32,000 nucleotides of DNA from Candidatus Nanobsidianus stetteri (GTDB lineage: Archaea; Nanobdellota; Nanobdellia; Nanobdellales; Nanobdellaceae), in contig APJZ01000001.1 of assembly GCA_000387965.1 (NCBI GenBank), positions 60,001 through 92,000 of the forward strand, in the 5' to 3' direction. A program made the translations under genes and the position numbers. A model generated the notes under the pieces. It saw nothing but the letters and a program-made list of their open reading frames with translations, was not told where the DNA came from and made no database searches. Of this stretch, positions 8,493 to 18,016 are shown piece after piece (the stretch's first letter is position 1; every line of letters starts with the position of its first letter).

Positions 8493-9005
8493 ATGCCTGG
8501 TGCACTTAAATTAATAATACCTGAAGGACGTACATTAAAGGATGTTATACGTATTGTAGGGGTGGAATTAGATGGCCATAAACCAATAATTATAGAACTG
8601 AGAAAAGTACCCGGTGTAAACTGGAGATTTGCCAATGCTATATGTAATGTATTAAAGATAAATAAATGGCAAGCTTTAGGATCTCTAACAGATGAGGAAT
8701 TAGAAAAATTAGAAGATTGTCTGAAAAGACCACAAAATTATGGTATACCTTCATGGATGCTAAACAGAAGAAAAGATCCTAGAGATGGTCAAGATAAACA
8801 TTTAGTAGGACCAGATGAGGAAATTCAAGTAAAAATGGATATAAAAAGAGAAATTGAATTAAATACATGGAGGGGAAATAGGCATATGTATAACTTACCC
8901 GTTAGAGGACAAAGAACAAGATCTCATCATAGGAAAGGTTCTACTGTTGGTGTAGTAAAGAATAAAGAATTAAGGGCTCAACAAAAATCTGAAAATAAAG
9001 AGTAA
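8493..9005 (+). CDS. rps13: 30S ribosomal protein uS13 (S13P)
   Basis: IRIVGVELDGHKPIIIELRKVPGVN and a C-terminal basic tail GQRTRSHHRKGSTVGV. I chose the start at MPGALK (8493) because the track's 16 extra residues are low-complexity and lie in the promoter spacer. Confidence 0.9.
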   Translation: MPGALKLIIPEGRTLKDVIRIVGVELDGHKPIIIELRKVPGVNWRFANAICNVLKINKWQALGSLTDEELEKLEDCLKRPQNYGIPSWMLNRRKDPRDGQDKHLVGPDEEIQVKMDIKREIELNTWRGNRHMYNLPVRGQRTRSHHRKGSTVGVVKNKELRAQQKSENKE

Positions 9006-9006
9006 A

Positions 9007-9570
9007 ATGTGGAGAAATAGAAAAACTTGGGAAGGTCCTGGACATCCTTGGCAAAAAGATAGAATAGAGGAAGAAAGACAATTATTAAAACAATACGGAT
9101 TAAAAAGTAAAAGAGAAATATGGAAAGCTTCTACAATTGCTAGAAGAATAAGATTTTATGTTAGATATTTAAATGCTAAAAAAGCTGCTGGAGTAGATGT
9201 ATCAAAAGAGGAAGAAAAATTAAAGAATAGATTAGTTAAATTAGGATTATTAAATAAAAATTCTGATATAAGTGAAGCTCTAAACATAACAGTAAAAGAA
9301 ATATTAGAAAGAAGATTACAAACAATTGTATTTAGAAAGGGTTTAGCAAAAACAATAAAACAGGCAAGACAATTAATTGTACATAGGCATATTGTTATAG
9401 GAGATAAAGTAATATCTTCTCCAGGTTATTTGGTTAAAGTTGATGAAGAAGATAAAATAGGTTATAATCCATATTCAAATATAAATAAAGAAAAATTATT
9501 AGGTCAAAATATAAATAAAGAAGAAAATAAAGAATCAGCCGTACAAGAAGTTAATCAACCTTCTCAATAG
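9007..9570 (+). CDS. rps4: 30S ribosomal protein uS4 (S4P)
   Basis: The ATG sits 1 nt after the rps13 stop. N-terminus WEGPGHPWQKDRIEEE. S4 RNA-binding domain LERRLQTIVFRKGLAKTIKQARQLIVHRHIVIGDKVISSPGYLV. Confidence 0.9.
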   Translation: MWRNRKTWEGPGHPWQKDRIEEERQLLKQYGLKSKREIWKASTIARRIRFYVRYLNAKKAAGVDVSKEEEKLKNRLVKLGLLNKNSDISEALNITVKEILERRLQTIVFRKGLAKTIKQARQLIVHRHIVIGDKVISSPGYLVKVDEEDKIGYNPYSNINKEKLLGQNINKEENKESAVQEVNQPSQ

Positions 9571-9864
9571 TCCTTTCTTTTTCCTCTTTACTTTTTTCTT
9601 CTTCTTTAAAATTTTATTTAACCTATTTATATTTTTATTTAATAATAGTATGGATAAATTAAACTCCTTTATCATTTCTACCTGACTTCTTAATTCTTTT
9701 ATAGATTGTCCCAATTCAGAAATATTATATGGAAGATTTTCTTGAATATTTATATATTCGATACCTTTCTTTAGTATATCTTTTATTGTATAACCTTTTT
9801 TCTTTAATTCTTCCAATTCTTCTTTAATATCTCCAATGTATATTGTTGTTGAATCATTAGACAT
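9535..9864 (-). CDS. hypothetical small protein (109 aa) with a Lys/Arg-rich C-terminal tail
   Basis: Intact ORF convergent with rps4, with a 36-nt 3' overlap. The N-terminus TTIYIGDIKEELEELKKKGYTIKDILKKGIEYI loosely resembles a strand-helix-helix (RHH-like) arrangement, which is a weak impression only. A TATA-like tatataaata lies about 26 nt upstream on the minus strand. Confidence 0.4.
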   Translation of the reverse strand: MSNDSTTIYIGDIKEELEELKKKGYTIKDILKKGIEYINIQENLPYNISELGQSIKELRSQVEMIKEFNLSILLLNKNINRLNKILKKKKKVKRKKKGLLRRLINFLYG

Positions 9865-10300
9865 TTAAAAAATAAGTATTTTATTATTTATATAATATAT
9901 TAGAAAAATTTATATAAGGTATTTATATGGTTTTTCATAAAACTTATAAAGAAAAATTGTTATACCTATTATATAGCAAAATTTTATACAATTATACGAC
10001 GTTAAATTATGTTATTACAAAAAAGTTGTCCTAATATATGAAAAAATTTATTCGAGAAAATTTATAAATAAAAATTTTGTATCTAATAGGTTGTATATTA
10101 TATTTCTAATACAAAAATCTTATATATATTTTATATAAATTTTTTGGAAAATATTTATAAATCATTAATTAAGTCGTATAACTTTATATCATTTATAAAT
10201 ATACTAACTAAAAAGTACTCATATCATAAAATAATATGATAACCTATTAGTAATAAATAGAAAAATTTATTAATAAATATTTAAAAATTCCAAAGTTGTA

Positions 10301-10310
10301 TATATATAAA
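10301..10310 (+). promoter_or_regulatory. TATA box for cbf5
   Basis: tatatataaa has its centre about 24-26 nt upstream of the ATG at 10330. Confidence 0.45.
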
Positions 10311-10329
10311 TTTTTATTATCAAAATTTT

Positions 10330-11349
10330 ATGGTGGAATATTGTAAATTACCATATGAAAATGAAAAATATGAGATCCTTATTAAAAAAGAGGAAGAAAC
10401 AAATGAAAAATATGGCTATGATCCATGGAAAAGACCAATAAATGAATTATTAGATTTCTCAATTATTAATTTAGATAAACCAAGGGGGCCCACATCTCAC
10501 CAAGTCTCTGGATGGGTAAAAAATATTTTAAATAAGAAAGCTGGACATGCTGGTACATTAGATCCAAAAGTAACTGGAGTATTACCAATAGGAATTGGAA
10601 GAGGAACAAAAGTATTAAAATTATTATTAACTGCTGGAAAAGAATATATAGCATGGATGCATATACATAAAGATATTGATGAAAATAAAGTATATGAAAT
10701 ATTAAATAAATTTCAAGGAAAGATTGTTCAAAAACCTCCGCTAAAATCTGCAGTAAAAAAAGTTCCCAGAGAGAAAAATGTTTATTGTATAAAAGTATTG
10801 GAAGTTGATGGTAGAGATTGGTTATTACAAATTGCAACAGAAGCCGGTGTATATATAAGAAAATTAATAGATGACATAGGAAAAGCTTTAGGAACAAAAG
10901 CACATATGCAACAATTAAGAAGAATTAGAGTTGGAGAACTAAAGGAAGATTCTGAAAAATATCCCTTGTCTACTTTGCAAGATATAGTTGATTCTATATG
11001 GTTTTGGAGAAATGAAAATAATGAAGAATATATAAGAAAGGTTTTTCTACCGGCAGAAGTTGCAGCAGAACATACAAAGAAAATTTGGATATTAGATACT
11101 GCAGTAGATGCAATCGCACATGGGGCAAACCTGACAGTAAAAGGAATATCAAGACTATATTCAAACATAAAAGAAGGTGATCTAGTAACAATATTTACAT
11201 TAAAAGGAGAAATAGTGGCGTATGGAACTGCATTAATGGATTCTGAAAAAATTTTAAATTCTGAAAAAGGTATTGCTGTTGATATTGATAGGGTTATTAT
11301 GAAAAGAGGTTTATATCCAAAAGTATGGAAAAAATCTAGTACACAATGA
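10330..11349 (+). CDS. cbf5: H/ACA RNP pseudouridine synthase Cbf5 (TruB family with C-terminal PUA domain)
   Basis: LDKPRGPTSHQVSGWVKNIL, the catalytic-Asp motif GHAGTLDPKVTGVLPIGIGRGTK, and a C-terminal PUA region HGANLTVKGI ... GEIVAYGTALM. Confidence 0.92.
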   Translation: MVEYCKLPYENEKYEILIKKEEETNEKYGYDPWKRPINELLDFSIINLDKPRGPTSHQVSGWVKNILNKKAGHAGTLDPKVTGVLPIGIGRGTKVLKLLLTAGKEYIAWMHIHKDIDENKVYEILNKFQGKIVQKPPLKSAVKKVPREKNVYCIKVLEVDGRDWLLQIATEAGVYIRKLIDDIGKALGTKAHMQQLRRIRVGELKEDSEKYPLSTLQDIVDSIWFWRNENNEEYIRKVFLPAEVAAEHTKKIWILDTAVDAIAHGANLTVKGISRLYSNIKEGDLVTIFTLKGEIVAYGTALMDSEKILNSEKGIAVDIDRVIMKRGLYPKVWKKSSTQ

Positions 11350-11993
11350 AATTAATATTGGGAATTGATGAAGCTGGAAGAGGGCCAATAATTGGACCAA
11401 TGGTAATTGCTGGTTATTGCATAGAAGAAGAAAAAATTGATTTATTAAGATCTTTAGGAGTTAAAGATTCCAAAGAATTAACAAGAAAACAAAGAGAATA
11501 TATATATAATGAAATAATAAAATTAACAGATAAATATAAATATATAATAATTGATCCAGAGACAATAGACTATTACGTATATAGAAATAAATTAAACTAT
11601 TTAGAATTTGAGAATATGATAAAGATAATTGAAGAAATAAAACCAGATAAAGTAATAATTGATTCTCCATTAGTTAATACAAAAAAGGTAATAGAATATA
11701 TAAAAAATAACCTAAAAATAAATGTAGAAATAATTGCAGAAAATAAAGCAGACAAAAAATATCCTATAGTATCTGCAGCTTCAATTATTGCAAAAGTTAT
11801 AAGGGATAGAGAAATTGATAAAATAAAGGAAAAAATAAATATAGATTTTGGATCTGGATATCCATCTGATGAAAGAACAATAGAGGTATTAAAAAAAGAT
11901 TATGATAAAATAAAAGATTATGTAAGAGAATCTTGGATGACGATTAAAAAAATAAGAAAAGGAGAACAAAAAAACATACTTGATTTTTTATAA
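11346..11993 (+). CDS. rnhB: ribonuclease HII
   Basis: ATGA overlap with cbf5. Motifs: LGIDEAGRGPIIGPMVIAG, VKDSKELT, ADKKYPIVSAASIIAKVIRD. Confidence 0.9.
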   Translation: MKLILGIDEAGRGPIIGPMVIAGYCIEEEKIDLLRSLGVKDSKELTRKQREYIYNEIIKLTDKYKYIIIDPETIDYYVYRNKLNYLEFENMIKIIEEIKPDKVIIDSPLVNTKKVIEYIKNNLKINVEIIAENKADKKYPIVSAASIIAKVIRDREIDKIKEKINIDFGSGYPSDERTIEVLKKDYDKIKDYVRESWMTIKKIRKGEQKNILDFL

Positions 11994-12022
11994 AAACTTT
12001 TTCTTTATTGAAGGATAATAAT

Positions 12023-13270
12023 TTATAAAATTAAGAATGGTAAAATAAACATACCTAATGTTAAATTAATTATTATAATTGTTGATAATGCTATATATAA
12101 TGTATTCTTTTCATTAATATATTTCTTTAGTTCCATTAAAACTTCTATAAATGGTATAGAAATCAAAATAAAATAATAAATATACGATAATAAGATATTT
12201 TCCGTTAATAAATAATATATTATAGCTAAAATATTGAGAATAAATAATACTATGAATGCAATTTTTTGAAACTTATACATTTTGCTAATAAAAATATCAT
12301 CTTCTTTAATATATTTTTCAAAATTTATTTCTTCTTCTTTTTCTTTAAATTTTACCTTTTTTAATAGTATAAATGAAATTAAAGATATTATAAAAGCAAC
12401 TAATAATGAATAAAGTATATTATTGATATTCAAACCTTCTAATAATAATCTTGCACCTAAATATGATATAAATGTTATAAAAATGAATCTTATTGTATTA
12501 TCCCTTAATTTCATTAATAATCTAGTTCCGATTCTTGAACCAATTAAAACTCCCAAGGTAAGGAAAGGTAATAAAATGAAGTCTATATAACCTGCTTTGA
12601 AATATAAAATTGAAGATGTATCTGCAGTTACTCCTATCATAAAATTACTAGTAGTAGTACTTACTTTTATTGGTAAATTCATTATTAAATCCATTCCCAA
12701 AACTTTTAATATTCCTGAACCAATTCCCAATAAGCCAGAAACAAAACCTGCAAATAACATAACAATCCATCCATAAACCCATCTTACTCCATCATAATAT
12801 ATTATTTTTCCATTTTCTTCATATTTTCCAAATAAATTAAAGAAGTATGTAGATTCATCCGGTTTCGATGGATAATATTTCTCTTTTAAATTCTTTATTA
12901 TCAAAAATATTGAAGATAATAATAATACAACTCCAAATATTATATAAACAATAAAAAATAGATTGTGAGTATATAGATAATTATTTAAAAGGAATCCAAA
13001 TATATCACCAAAAGTTGTGGCAGTTAATAAACTAATTGCTATATTATCATTAGCAATTTTTTTCTTTATATATGATAAAGATGAAGATAAAGATGTTGAA
13101 ATAGTAGATAATAAAGATACACCAATCGTTAAATATAACGGATAGTCTAGAAATATTGTTAAGATTGGAGAAATAATTGCCCCACCGCCAAGACCTGTTA
13201 TAGAACCTTCAATACCTGCAAAAATACCAATAAGTAATATCAACATTAGATTAAAAAATGTATACATCAT
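12023..13270 (-). CDS. TauE/SafE (DUF81) family anion exporter-like membrane protein with an extra C-terminal 4-TM extension
   Basis: 415 aa. The two 4-TM halves carry the family Gly-rich helices (GIEGSITGLGGGAIISPIL; FVSGLLGIGSGILKV). An additional C-terminal region of about 130 aa is polytopic. Confidence 0.7.
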   Translation of the reverse strand: MMYTFFNLMLILLIGIFAGIEGSITGLGGGAIISPILTIFLDYPLYLTIGVSLLSTISTSLSSSLSYIKKKIANDNIAISLLTATTFGDIFGFLLNNYLYTHNLFFIVYIIFGVVLLLSSIFLIIKNLKEKYYPSKPDESTYFFNLFGKYEENGKIIYYDGVRWVYGWIVMLFAGFVSGLLGIGSGILKVLGMDLIMNLPIKVSTTTSNFMIGVTADTSSILYFKAGYIDFILLPFLTLGVLIGSRIGTRLLMKLRDNTIRFIFITFISYLGARLLLEGLNINNILYSLLVAFIISLISFILLKKVKFKEKEEEINFEKYIKEDDIFISKMYKFQKIAFIVLFILNILAIIYYLLTENILLSYIYYFILISIPFIEVLMELKKYINEKNTLYIALSTIIIINLTLGMFILPFLIL

Positions 13271-13381
13271 TTTATTAATGAATTCTTTAAAATATATAGG
13301 CCTTCATATATGATATATTTTCCTATAATATATAATTATTCTTTCTTAATAAAAAATCAGAAAATATATTTAACCCTTTAA

Positions 13382-14233
13382 TTATTCTCCTTCAAATTCT
13401 TGAAAATTACTTCTTTTATATTCAGAATATTTCTCAACTTCTTGCATAGCTTTATTTATTTCTTCAATCATTTCTTGGGGTATATTATCTATTTTTACAT
13501 TATTGATTCCTATCCTAATATATTTATCCCATTCAATTTTTATTCCATTTTGATCTATCTGCATTGGATGTCTCAATAAACTATGTTTTGTATCTCTCAT
13601 CTTCCATACAATAATTGATCTATATAATTTTCCATCCACTTCATCCAAATCCATCCTTACAATCCCATCTACTGCATGTTCAACTCCAGGTCCACCAAAT
13701 CCTCTCTCACCGACAGAAATTTGTGAAACAAATATTGCAGTACATCCTAAACCTGCAATCAATCTTTTTAATGACATTACTATAGATCTCGCCATTGCTG
13801 GTTTTGTCAAATATAATGTAGAAACAGAATCTATAACAACTCTTTTAGCATTCGTATCTTTTATTGCTTGTCTTACAACATCCAATAGTTCATGTATATT
13901 ATCTAAATCTCTTACTAAATATTTTTCTCTTTGAGCTGCAGTACCGGTTCCTCCAGTAAATGCATCTACAATTGCTATTTTTCCTTCTTCCTCATATTTT
14001 GATATATCCCATCCAAAATTCTTAAAACTCCTCCTTACTGTTACTGGATGTTCTTCCAATGCAACAAATACTCCATTTTCATTATTCTTTAATCCATTAT
14101 ATAAAAATTGTTTGCCCAAAATAGATTTTCCCGTACCAGGCCCTCCACTTAATAATACTACATTTCTTTCTGGTATTCCTCCGTATAATATTTCATCAAA
14201 TCCCGGTATATACGTTCTAACTTTATATATCAT
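13382..14233 (-). CDS. single-domain KaiC/RecA-superfamily ATPase (archaeal KaiC-like)
   Basis: [40 protein letters not shown] (Walker A), VVIDSVSTL (Walker B) and [10 protein letters not shown]. The sequence is well conserved and visibly less AT-rich than its neighbours. Confidence 0.75.
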   Translation of the reverse strand: MIYKVRTYIPGFDEILYGGIPERNVVLLSGGPGTGKSILGKQFLYNGLKNNENGVFVALEEHPVTVRRSFKNFGWDISKYEEEGKIAIVDAFTGGTGTAAQREKYLVRDLDNIHELLDVVRQAIKDTNAKRVVIDSVSTLYLTKPAMARSIVMSLKRLIAGLGCTAIFVSQISVGERGFGGPGVEHAVDGIVRMDLDEVDGKLYRSIIVWKMRDTKHSLLRHPMQIDQNGIKIEWDKYIRIGINNVKIDNIPQEMIEEINKAMQEVEKYSEYKRSNFQEFEGE

Positions 14234-14263
14234 AATAATAATTTTAAAATAAATGCTTAAACA

Positions 14264-14271
14264 TTTATAAA
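14264..14271. promoter_or_regulatory. palindromic TATA box (tttataaa) in a 60-bp divergent spacer
   Basis: The centre is 26.5 nt upstream of the ATG at 14294 (+) and about 34.5 nt from the ATG at 14233 (-). It is preceded by the purine-rich aaaca. Confidence 0.45.
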
Positions 14272-14293
14272 TAACAATATTTTTTATATTTTT

Positions 14294-14635
14294 ATGGCAA
14301 AATATTTAATATTATTAACAAAAGATGATAAAAATACTTTGGAAATGGCTTTGGAATTTTCAAAAATATTAAAAATGAGCGGAGCAGAAGATATAAAAAT
14401 TTGTTTTATTTTAGCAGGAATTAGAGCTCTAAATAAAGAAAATGAAGAATATAATTTAATTATATCTAAACATTTGGGAGATATAAAAAATTTAAACATA
14501 AATATATACGCATGTGAAAAATGTATGCTAAAATTTAATATACCAGAAGAAAAATTAATATATAAAGATAAAATATTTTCATATGAAGAAATGAATAAAT
14601 TGGTAGATCAAGGATATGCAATAATTACCTTTTAA
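14294..14635 (+). CDS. DsrE/DsrF-like family small protein
   Basis: 113 aa. The overall pattern fits the family: K-Y-LILLT..D, an internal hydrophobic strand [11 protein letters not shown], a Cys near the active-site position (IYACEKC), and a C-terminal AIITF. Assigned from memory of family architecture, not from an alignment. Confidence 0.5.
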   Translation: MAKYLILLTKDDKNTLEMALEFSKILKMSGAEDIKICFILAGIRALNKENEEYNLIISKHLGDIKNLNINIYACEKCMLKFNIPEEKLIYKDKIFSYEEMNKLVDQGYAIITF

Positions 14636-16880
14636 TTTCTATTATTTTTCCTTCAACATTATCTTTAAATAAATCATCATGTGTACATAATATTACTTGA
14701 TAATTATCCAAACTTGATATTAATTGAGCTAAAGATAATCTTACATTTACATCTAAAGATTCTGTAGGTTCATCTAATAACAATACATTTATATTTAGAT
14801 TTAATATAGATGCAATAGCCAATCTTAATGCTAAATCCAATATTTTTATTTGTCCTCCACTTAATCCAGCTTCATCAATATATTTTTTGATAGTTTTTCC
14901 ATCAATATTTTTAACTACATAAATATAAAATAATTTTTCATCTTTTACCTTGCTTTCTTTTATATCTATTCCAACATCCGTAATATCTTGATATCTATAC
15001 AACTTCTTAAAATAGAATTTAAATGCATTTTCCAGGTTTTTTGATATTTTTTCCCTATTAACTTCTATATATTTTAATAAAACATTATATAAAGATCTTA
15101 AAATATTTATGTTTTTACTTATATTCTTTAATTTTTCATTTATATTATTATACATATTTAATTTTTCTTTATAATTTTTTATTAATTCTGGTTTTAGATT
15201 TTCATATTTTTTTATTTCTTTATCAAGCTCATTTAATTTATTTTCAAACTCGCTTAAAGAATTTAAATTATTTCTTTTATATATATCTTTTATTTTTTCC
15301 AAATTCTTTTTCATATTTTCTATCTTCATTAAAGAATATTTTATATTATTTATCTCATTTTTTATGTTTTGATATTCTTTTCTTAAATTATCTATGACCT
15401 TATCCAATTCATTTTTCTTTATATAATTTATTGTATCCTTTATCATTTTATATTCATTTATTTGATTTATTCTATAATTTACATCATTAATTTCCTTTTC
15501 AATCCTTATTTTTTCATTTTCAATATCGGATAAATTTACCCTATCTTTAATTTTTCCTTGAATATATAAAAAATACTTATATTTATTTTCTAATTCTTGA
15601 TATAATTTATCTAAGTTGTTTTTCTCATTTTTAAATTTATTTAAATTCTCCTTATCTTTATTTAAACTTTCTCTATATTGATTTAACAATTTTTTATGTA
15701 AATCCTCATCCAGAGCCCTTTTACATACTGGACATTCTGATATTTCTCTATTTAGTATATTTAAATATGCTTCTTCTTCCTTTATTTTATTTTCCAAAAT
15801 TATAATATTGTTTTCCAATTCTTTCTTCTTATTATCTATATTTTTTATTTCAACTTCTATATTTCTATATTCTATATATTTTTCTATATTTGAATATATT
15901 TCTCTTAATTCTTTTAATTTATATTCTAATTCTTTTTCATCAACATTTTCCAAATATTCCAATTCCTTTTTTCTACTTTCCAAATATTCCAAAGAACTAT
16001 TTAATAAATCTTTTGAATAATTTTCATATTTAAGATTTTTTCTTTCAGATTCAAGATTTAATATATTATCATATAATTCCTTTTCTTTTTCTTCATATTC
16101 TTTTAACTTTTGATTTAAATAATTTTCTTGAGTTAATAAATTATAATCTATACTACTTTCCAATGTTTTTAACTCTAGATAATCTTTATATATATTATCT
16201 CTTATTTTCTTTAATTCCAGATACTTATTAATTTCTTCCAATAATCTTTCAATATCTTTATCTCCAAAAATATTTTTATATAATTCTATATCTTTTAATA
16301 GTAAGCTCTTTTCTTTTTCTTTATATTCTTTTTCCTTTTCTAAATCTTTTATTAATCCTTCAACTACTTTTAATATTAGAGAATAATATTCTATATCAAA
16401 TATTTTTTCTAATAACTTTGTTAATTCAATTTTTCCAGATAAATTAATATATCTACCCAAATCTCCTTGTTTTATATATAATACATCTGTAAATTTTTCA
16501 ACTCTATTTATATTCAATATTTCTCTTATCTTTTTATTAACAATATCTGGTCCAGAAGCTATAACACTATTCTCCTTATATAATATTGCCTTAGATTCTC
16601 CATTATTATTTGAAGATCTAATTATTTTGTATAAAGTATTTCCATCCGATATTTCCAATTCTACATTTAAATTATGTGAACCAATTCTTATTAAAGATGA
16701 TACATTTGATATATTTAGATTGGATAGAGAATCTTTTCCAAATAAACCAAATAATATTGCCTGAAATATAGAAGTTTTTCCAACTCCATTTTCCCCTATT
16801 ATTATATTTTTTTCATCAAAATTTACCTCCAAATTTTTATGTATTTTAAAATTCTCCAATCTTATTCTATTAATCTTCAT
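14625..16880 (-). CDS. rad50: DNA double-strand break repair ATPase Rad50
   Basis: Walker A GENGVGKTSIFQAILFGLFGK; a long Lys/Glu/Asn coiled coil; central zinc hook ECPVCKRAL at roughly residue 382; signature LSGGQIKILDLALRLAIA; Walker B VLLLDEPTESLD. At 751 aa it is shorter than typical archaeal Rad50. Confidence 0.9.
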   Translation of the reverse strand: MKINRIRLENFKIHKNLEVNFDEKNIIIGENGVGKTSIFQAILFGLFGKDSLSNLNISNVSSLIRIGSHNLNVELEISDGNTLYKIIRSSNNNGESKAILYKENSVIASGPDIVNKKIREILNINRVEKFTDVLYIKQGDLGRYINLSGKIELTKLLEKIFDIEYYSLILKVVEGLIKDLEKEKEYKEKEKSLLLKDIELYKNIFGDKDIERLLEEINKYLELKKIRDNIYKDYLELKTLESSIDYNLLTQENYLNQKLKEYEEKEKELYDNILNLESERKNLKYENYSKDLLNSSLEYLESRKKELEYLENVDEKELEYKLKELREIYSNIEKYIEYRNIEVEIKNIDNKKKELENNIIILENKIKEEEAYLNILNREISECPVCKRALDEDLHKKLLNQYRESLNKDKENLNKFKNEKNNLDKLYQELENKYKYFLYIQGKIKDRVNLSDIENEKIRIEKEINDVNYRINQINEYKMIKDTINYIKKNELDKVIDNLRKEYQNIKNEINNIKYSLMKIENMKKNLEKIKDIYKRNNLNSLSEFENKLNELDKEIKKYENLKPELIKNYKEKLNMYNNINEKLKNISKNINILRSLYNVLLKYIEVNREKISKNLENAFKFYFKKLYRYQDITDVGIDIKESKVKDEKLFYIYVVKNIDGKTIKKYIDEAGLSGGQIKILDLALRLAIASILNLNINVLLLDEPTESLDVNVRLSLAQLISSLDNYQVILCTHDDLFKDNVEGKIIEIKR

Positions 16881-18016
16881 TTTATTAATTGTTTAAATAT
16901 AGTTTCCCTTATCCTATCCAAATCAGAATTTTTACCAGAATACATCTCCTCAAATAATTCTTTTATATAATTAAACATTTTTATTACTTCATGCTTATCA
17001 TTTACAAAAAAAGAACTATCTATTATATTATCTATTGTAATTACTTCATTATTTAATTTTATTTCTTCATCTAAAGAATAGGAATCATCTAAAATTAAAT
17101 ATCCAGATTCTATTAAATTTTCTAATAGATTTTTTATATTAATATAATAATCTTTCTTATATCTAACTTTAATTTTTATAATTGTTTCCTTAGATTTATT
17201 ATAAATATCATTTTTTAGTTTATTTAATGCATAATCATTATTTATTACATCTTCATAAATATATATTGGCCTAACATTTAATTCTTTAAATTCTATATTA
17301 TCATCTCTTACATAAAAAAATCCTTTCTTTATATTTTCTTCATCTTTTGATATTTCAGTCCTTTCAGTAGAACCTGGTAAAGCAAATATTATATTCTCAT
17401 GTTTTTCCAAATGTTTCTTATGAAAATGACCAAATGCATAATAATTAGCTTTAGGAAAATCTTCTGGAGATAAAATCCTTGGTTCTTTACTATAACCTTC
17501 CAAAATACTTTCTGGAAATATATTTATTGCACCATGAAACATAAATATAGTATAACCATTATTTTCAAATTTTAAATTAGATAGATTCTTTTTATAATAT
17601 GCTCTTAATTGTTCATATGATAAATTTTGTGGTTCAGATATTCCATAAATATATACATCCTTATATATAAACGGATCTTTTATATTTGCCTCATATACAA
17701 GATCTAATCTTTTTAATATTTCTAAAACATTTTGTCTCAATCCCTTTGTATCATGATTTCCCTTAATAAATATTAATGGTATTTTATTATCCTTTAATTT
17801 AAATAATATATCTAATATTTCCAATAAATATTTTGAATCTATTCTAAAATAATCATCAAAAAAATCTCCAGAATGAATTATAAAATCTACCTTTTCCCTA
17901 ATTGCAAATTCTATAACTTGTTTAAATGAATTTAGAAAATCATATTTTCTAATTTCGCCATATTCTACTGGAATTTGACATCCTAGATGGGTATCAGAAA
18001 CATGAACGAATTTCAT
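16877..18016 (-). CDS. mre11: DNA double-strand break repair nuclease Mre11
   Basis: Calcineurin-like phosphoesterase motifs in order: VHVSDTHLG, HSGDFFD, GNHD, MFHG, GHFH. There is a 4-nt ATGA overlap with rad50. Confidence 0.9.
   Translation of the reverse strand: MKFVHVSDTHLGCQIPVEYGEIRKYDFLNSFKQVIEFAIREKVDFIIHSGDFFDDYFRIDSKYLLEILDILFKLKDNKIPLIFIKGNHDTKGLRQNVLEILKRLDLVYEANIKDPFIYKDVYIYGISEPQNLSYEQLRAYYKKNLSNLKFENNGYTIFMFHGAINIFPESILEGYSKEPRILSPEDFPKANYYAFGHFHKKHLEKHENIIFALPGSTERTEISKDEENIKKGFFYVRDDNIEFKELNVRPIYIYEDVINNDYALNKLKNDIYNKSKETIIKIKVRYKKDYYINIKNLLENLIESGYLILDDSYSLDEEIKLNNEVITIDNIIDSSFFVNDKHEVIKMFNYIKELFEEMYSGKNSDLDRIRETIFKQLIK

Noticed and set aside
8443-8505. N-terminal extensions proposed by the ORF track for herA (to 8505) and rps13 (from 8445), and similar extensions for dphB (to 29721) and the PUA protein (from 26842)
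   Set aside because: The extensions are low-complexity, overlap the divergent or upstream gene or the promoter spacer, and precede an internal ATG that begins exactly at the conserved family N-terminus (MKVGYVI, MPGALK, MFILSGLG, MELSIVRG).
9865-10329. H/ACA guide RNA next to cbf5
   Set aside because: The spacer has no GC-enriched hairpin, K-turn or ACA-terminated stem. In a genome whose tRNA stems are nearly all G:C, a structured guide RNA should stand out compositionally, and nothing does.
10466-11191. Three antisense ORFs (145, 128 and 65 aa) inside cbf5
   Set aside because: They have Leu/Ile/Phe-rich nonsense composition and no promoter geometry, and they are fully nested in a conserved gene. 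The same reasoning applies to the antisense ORFs in lysS (1854-2093, 2637-2968), herA (6851-8260), rnhB (11461-11670), the DsrE-like gene (14284-14499), rad50 (15808-16020), the RPA-like gene (18983-19270), the filament ATPase (20627-20905), the coiled-coil gene (22779-22991), ths (24177-24368), the 210-aa gene (26530-26772), the PUA gene (27075-27383), the DUF95 gene (28194-28574) and polC (29910-31272).
13382-14233. KaiC-like ATPase as the archaellum component ArlH/FlaH belonging to the filament module
   Set aside because: It lies 5 kb from the filament ATPase, separated by the rad50/mre11 operon, and has its own divergent promoter. Its sequence looks like the generic stand-alone archaeal KaiC-like family. 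The link cannot be supported from this window.
15948-15992. 15-nt direct repeat ttccaaatattccaa, present twice 30 nt apart
   Set aside because: It lies inside the rad50 coiled-coil region and encodes the repeated peptide LEYLE on the minus strand. This is an internal heptad-type duplication, not a regulatory or mobile repeat.
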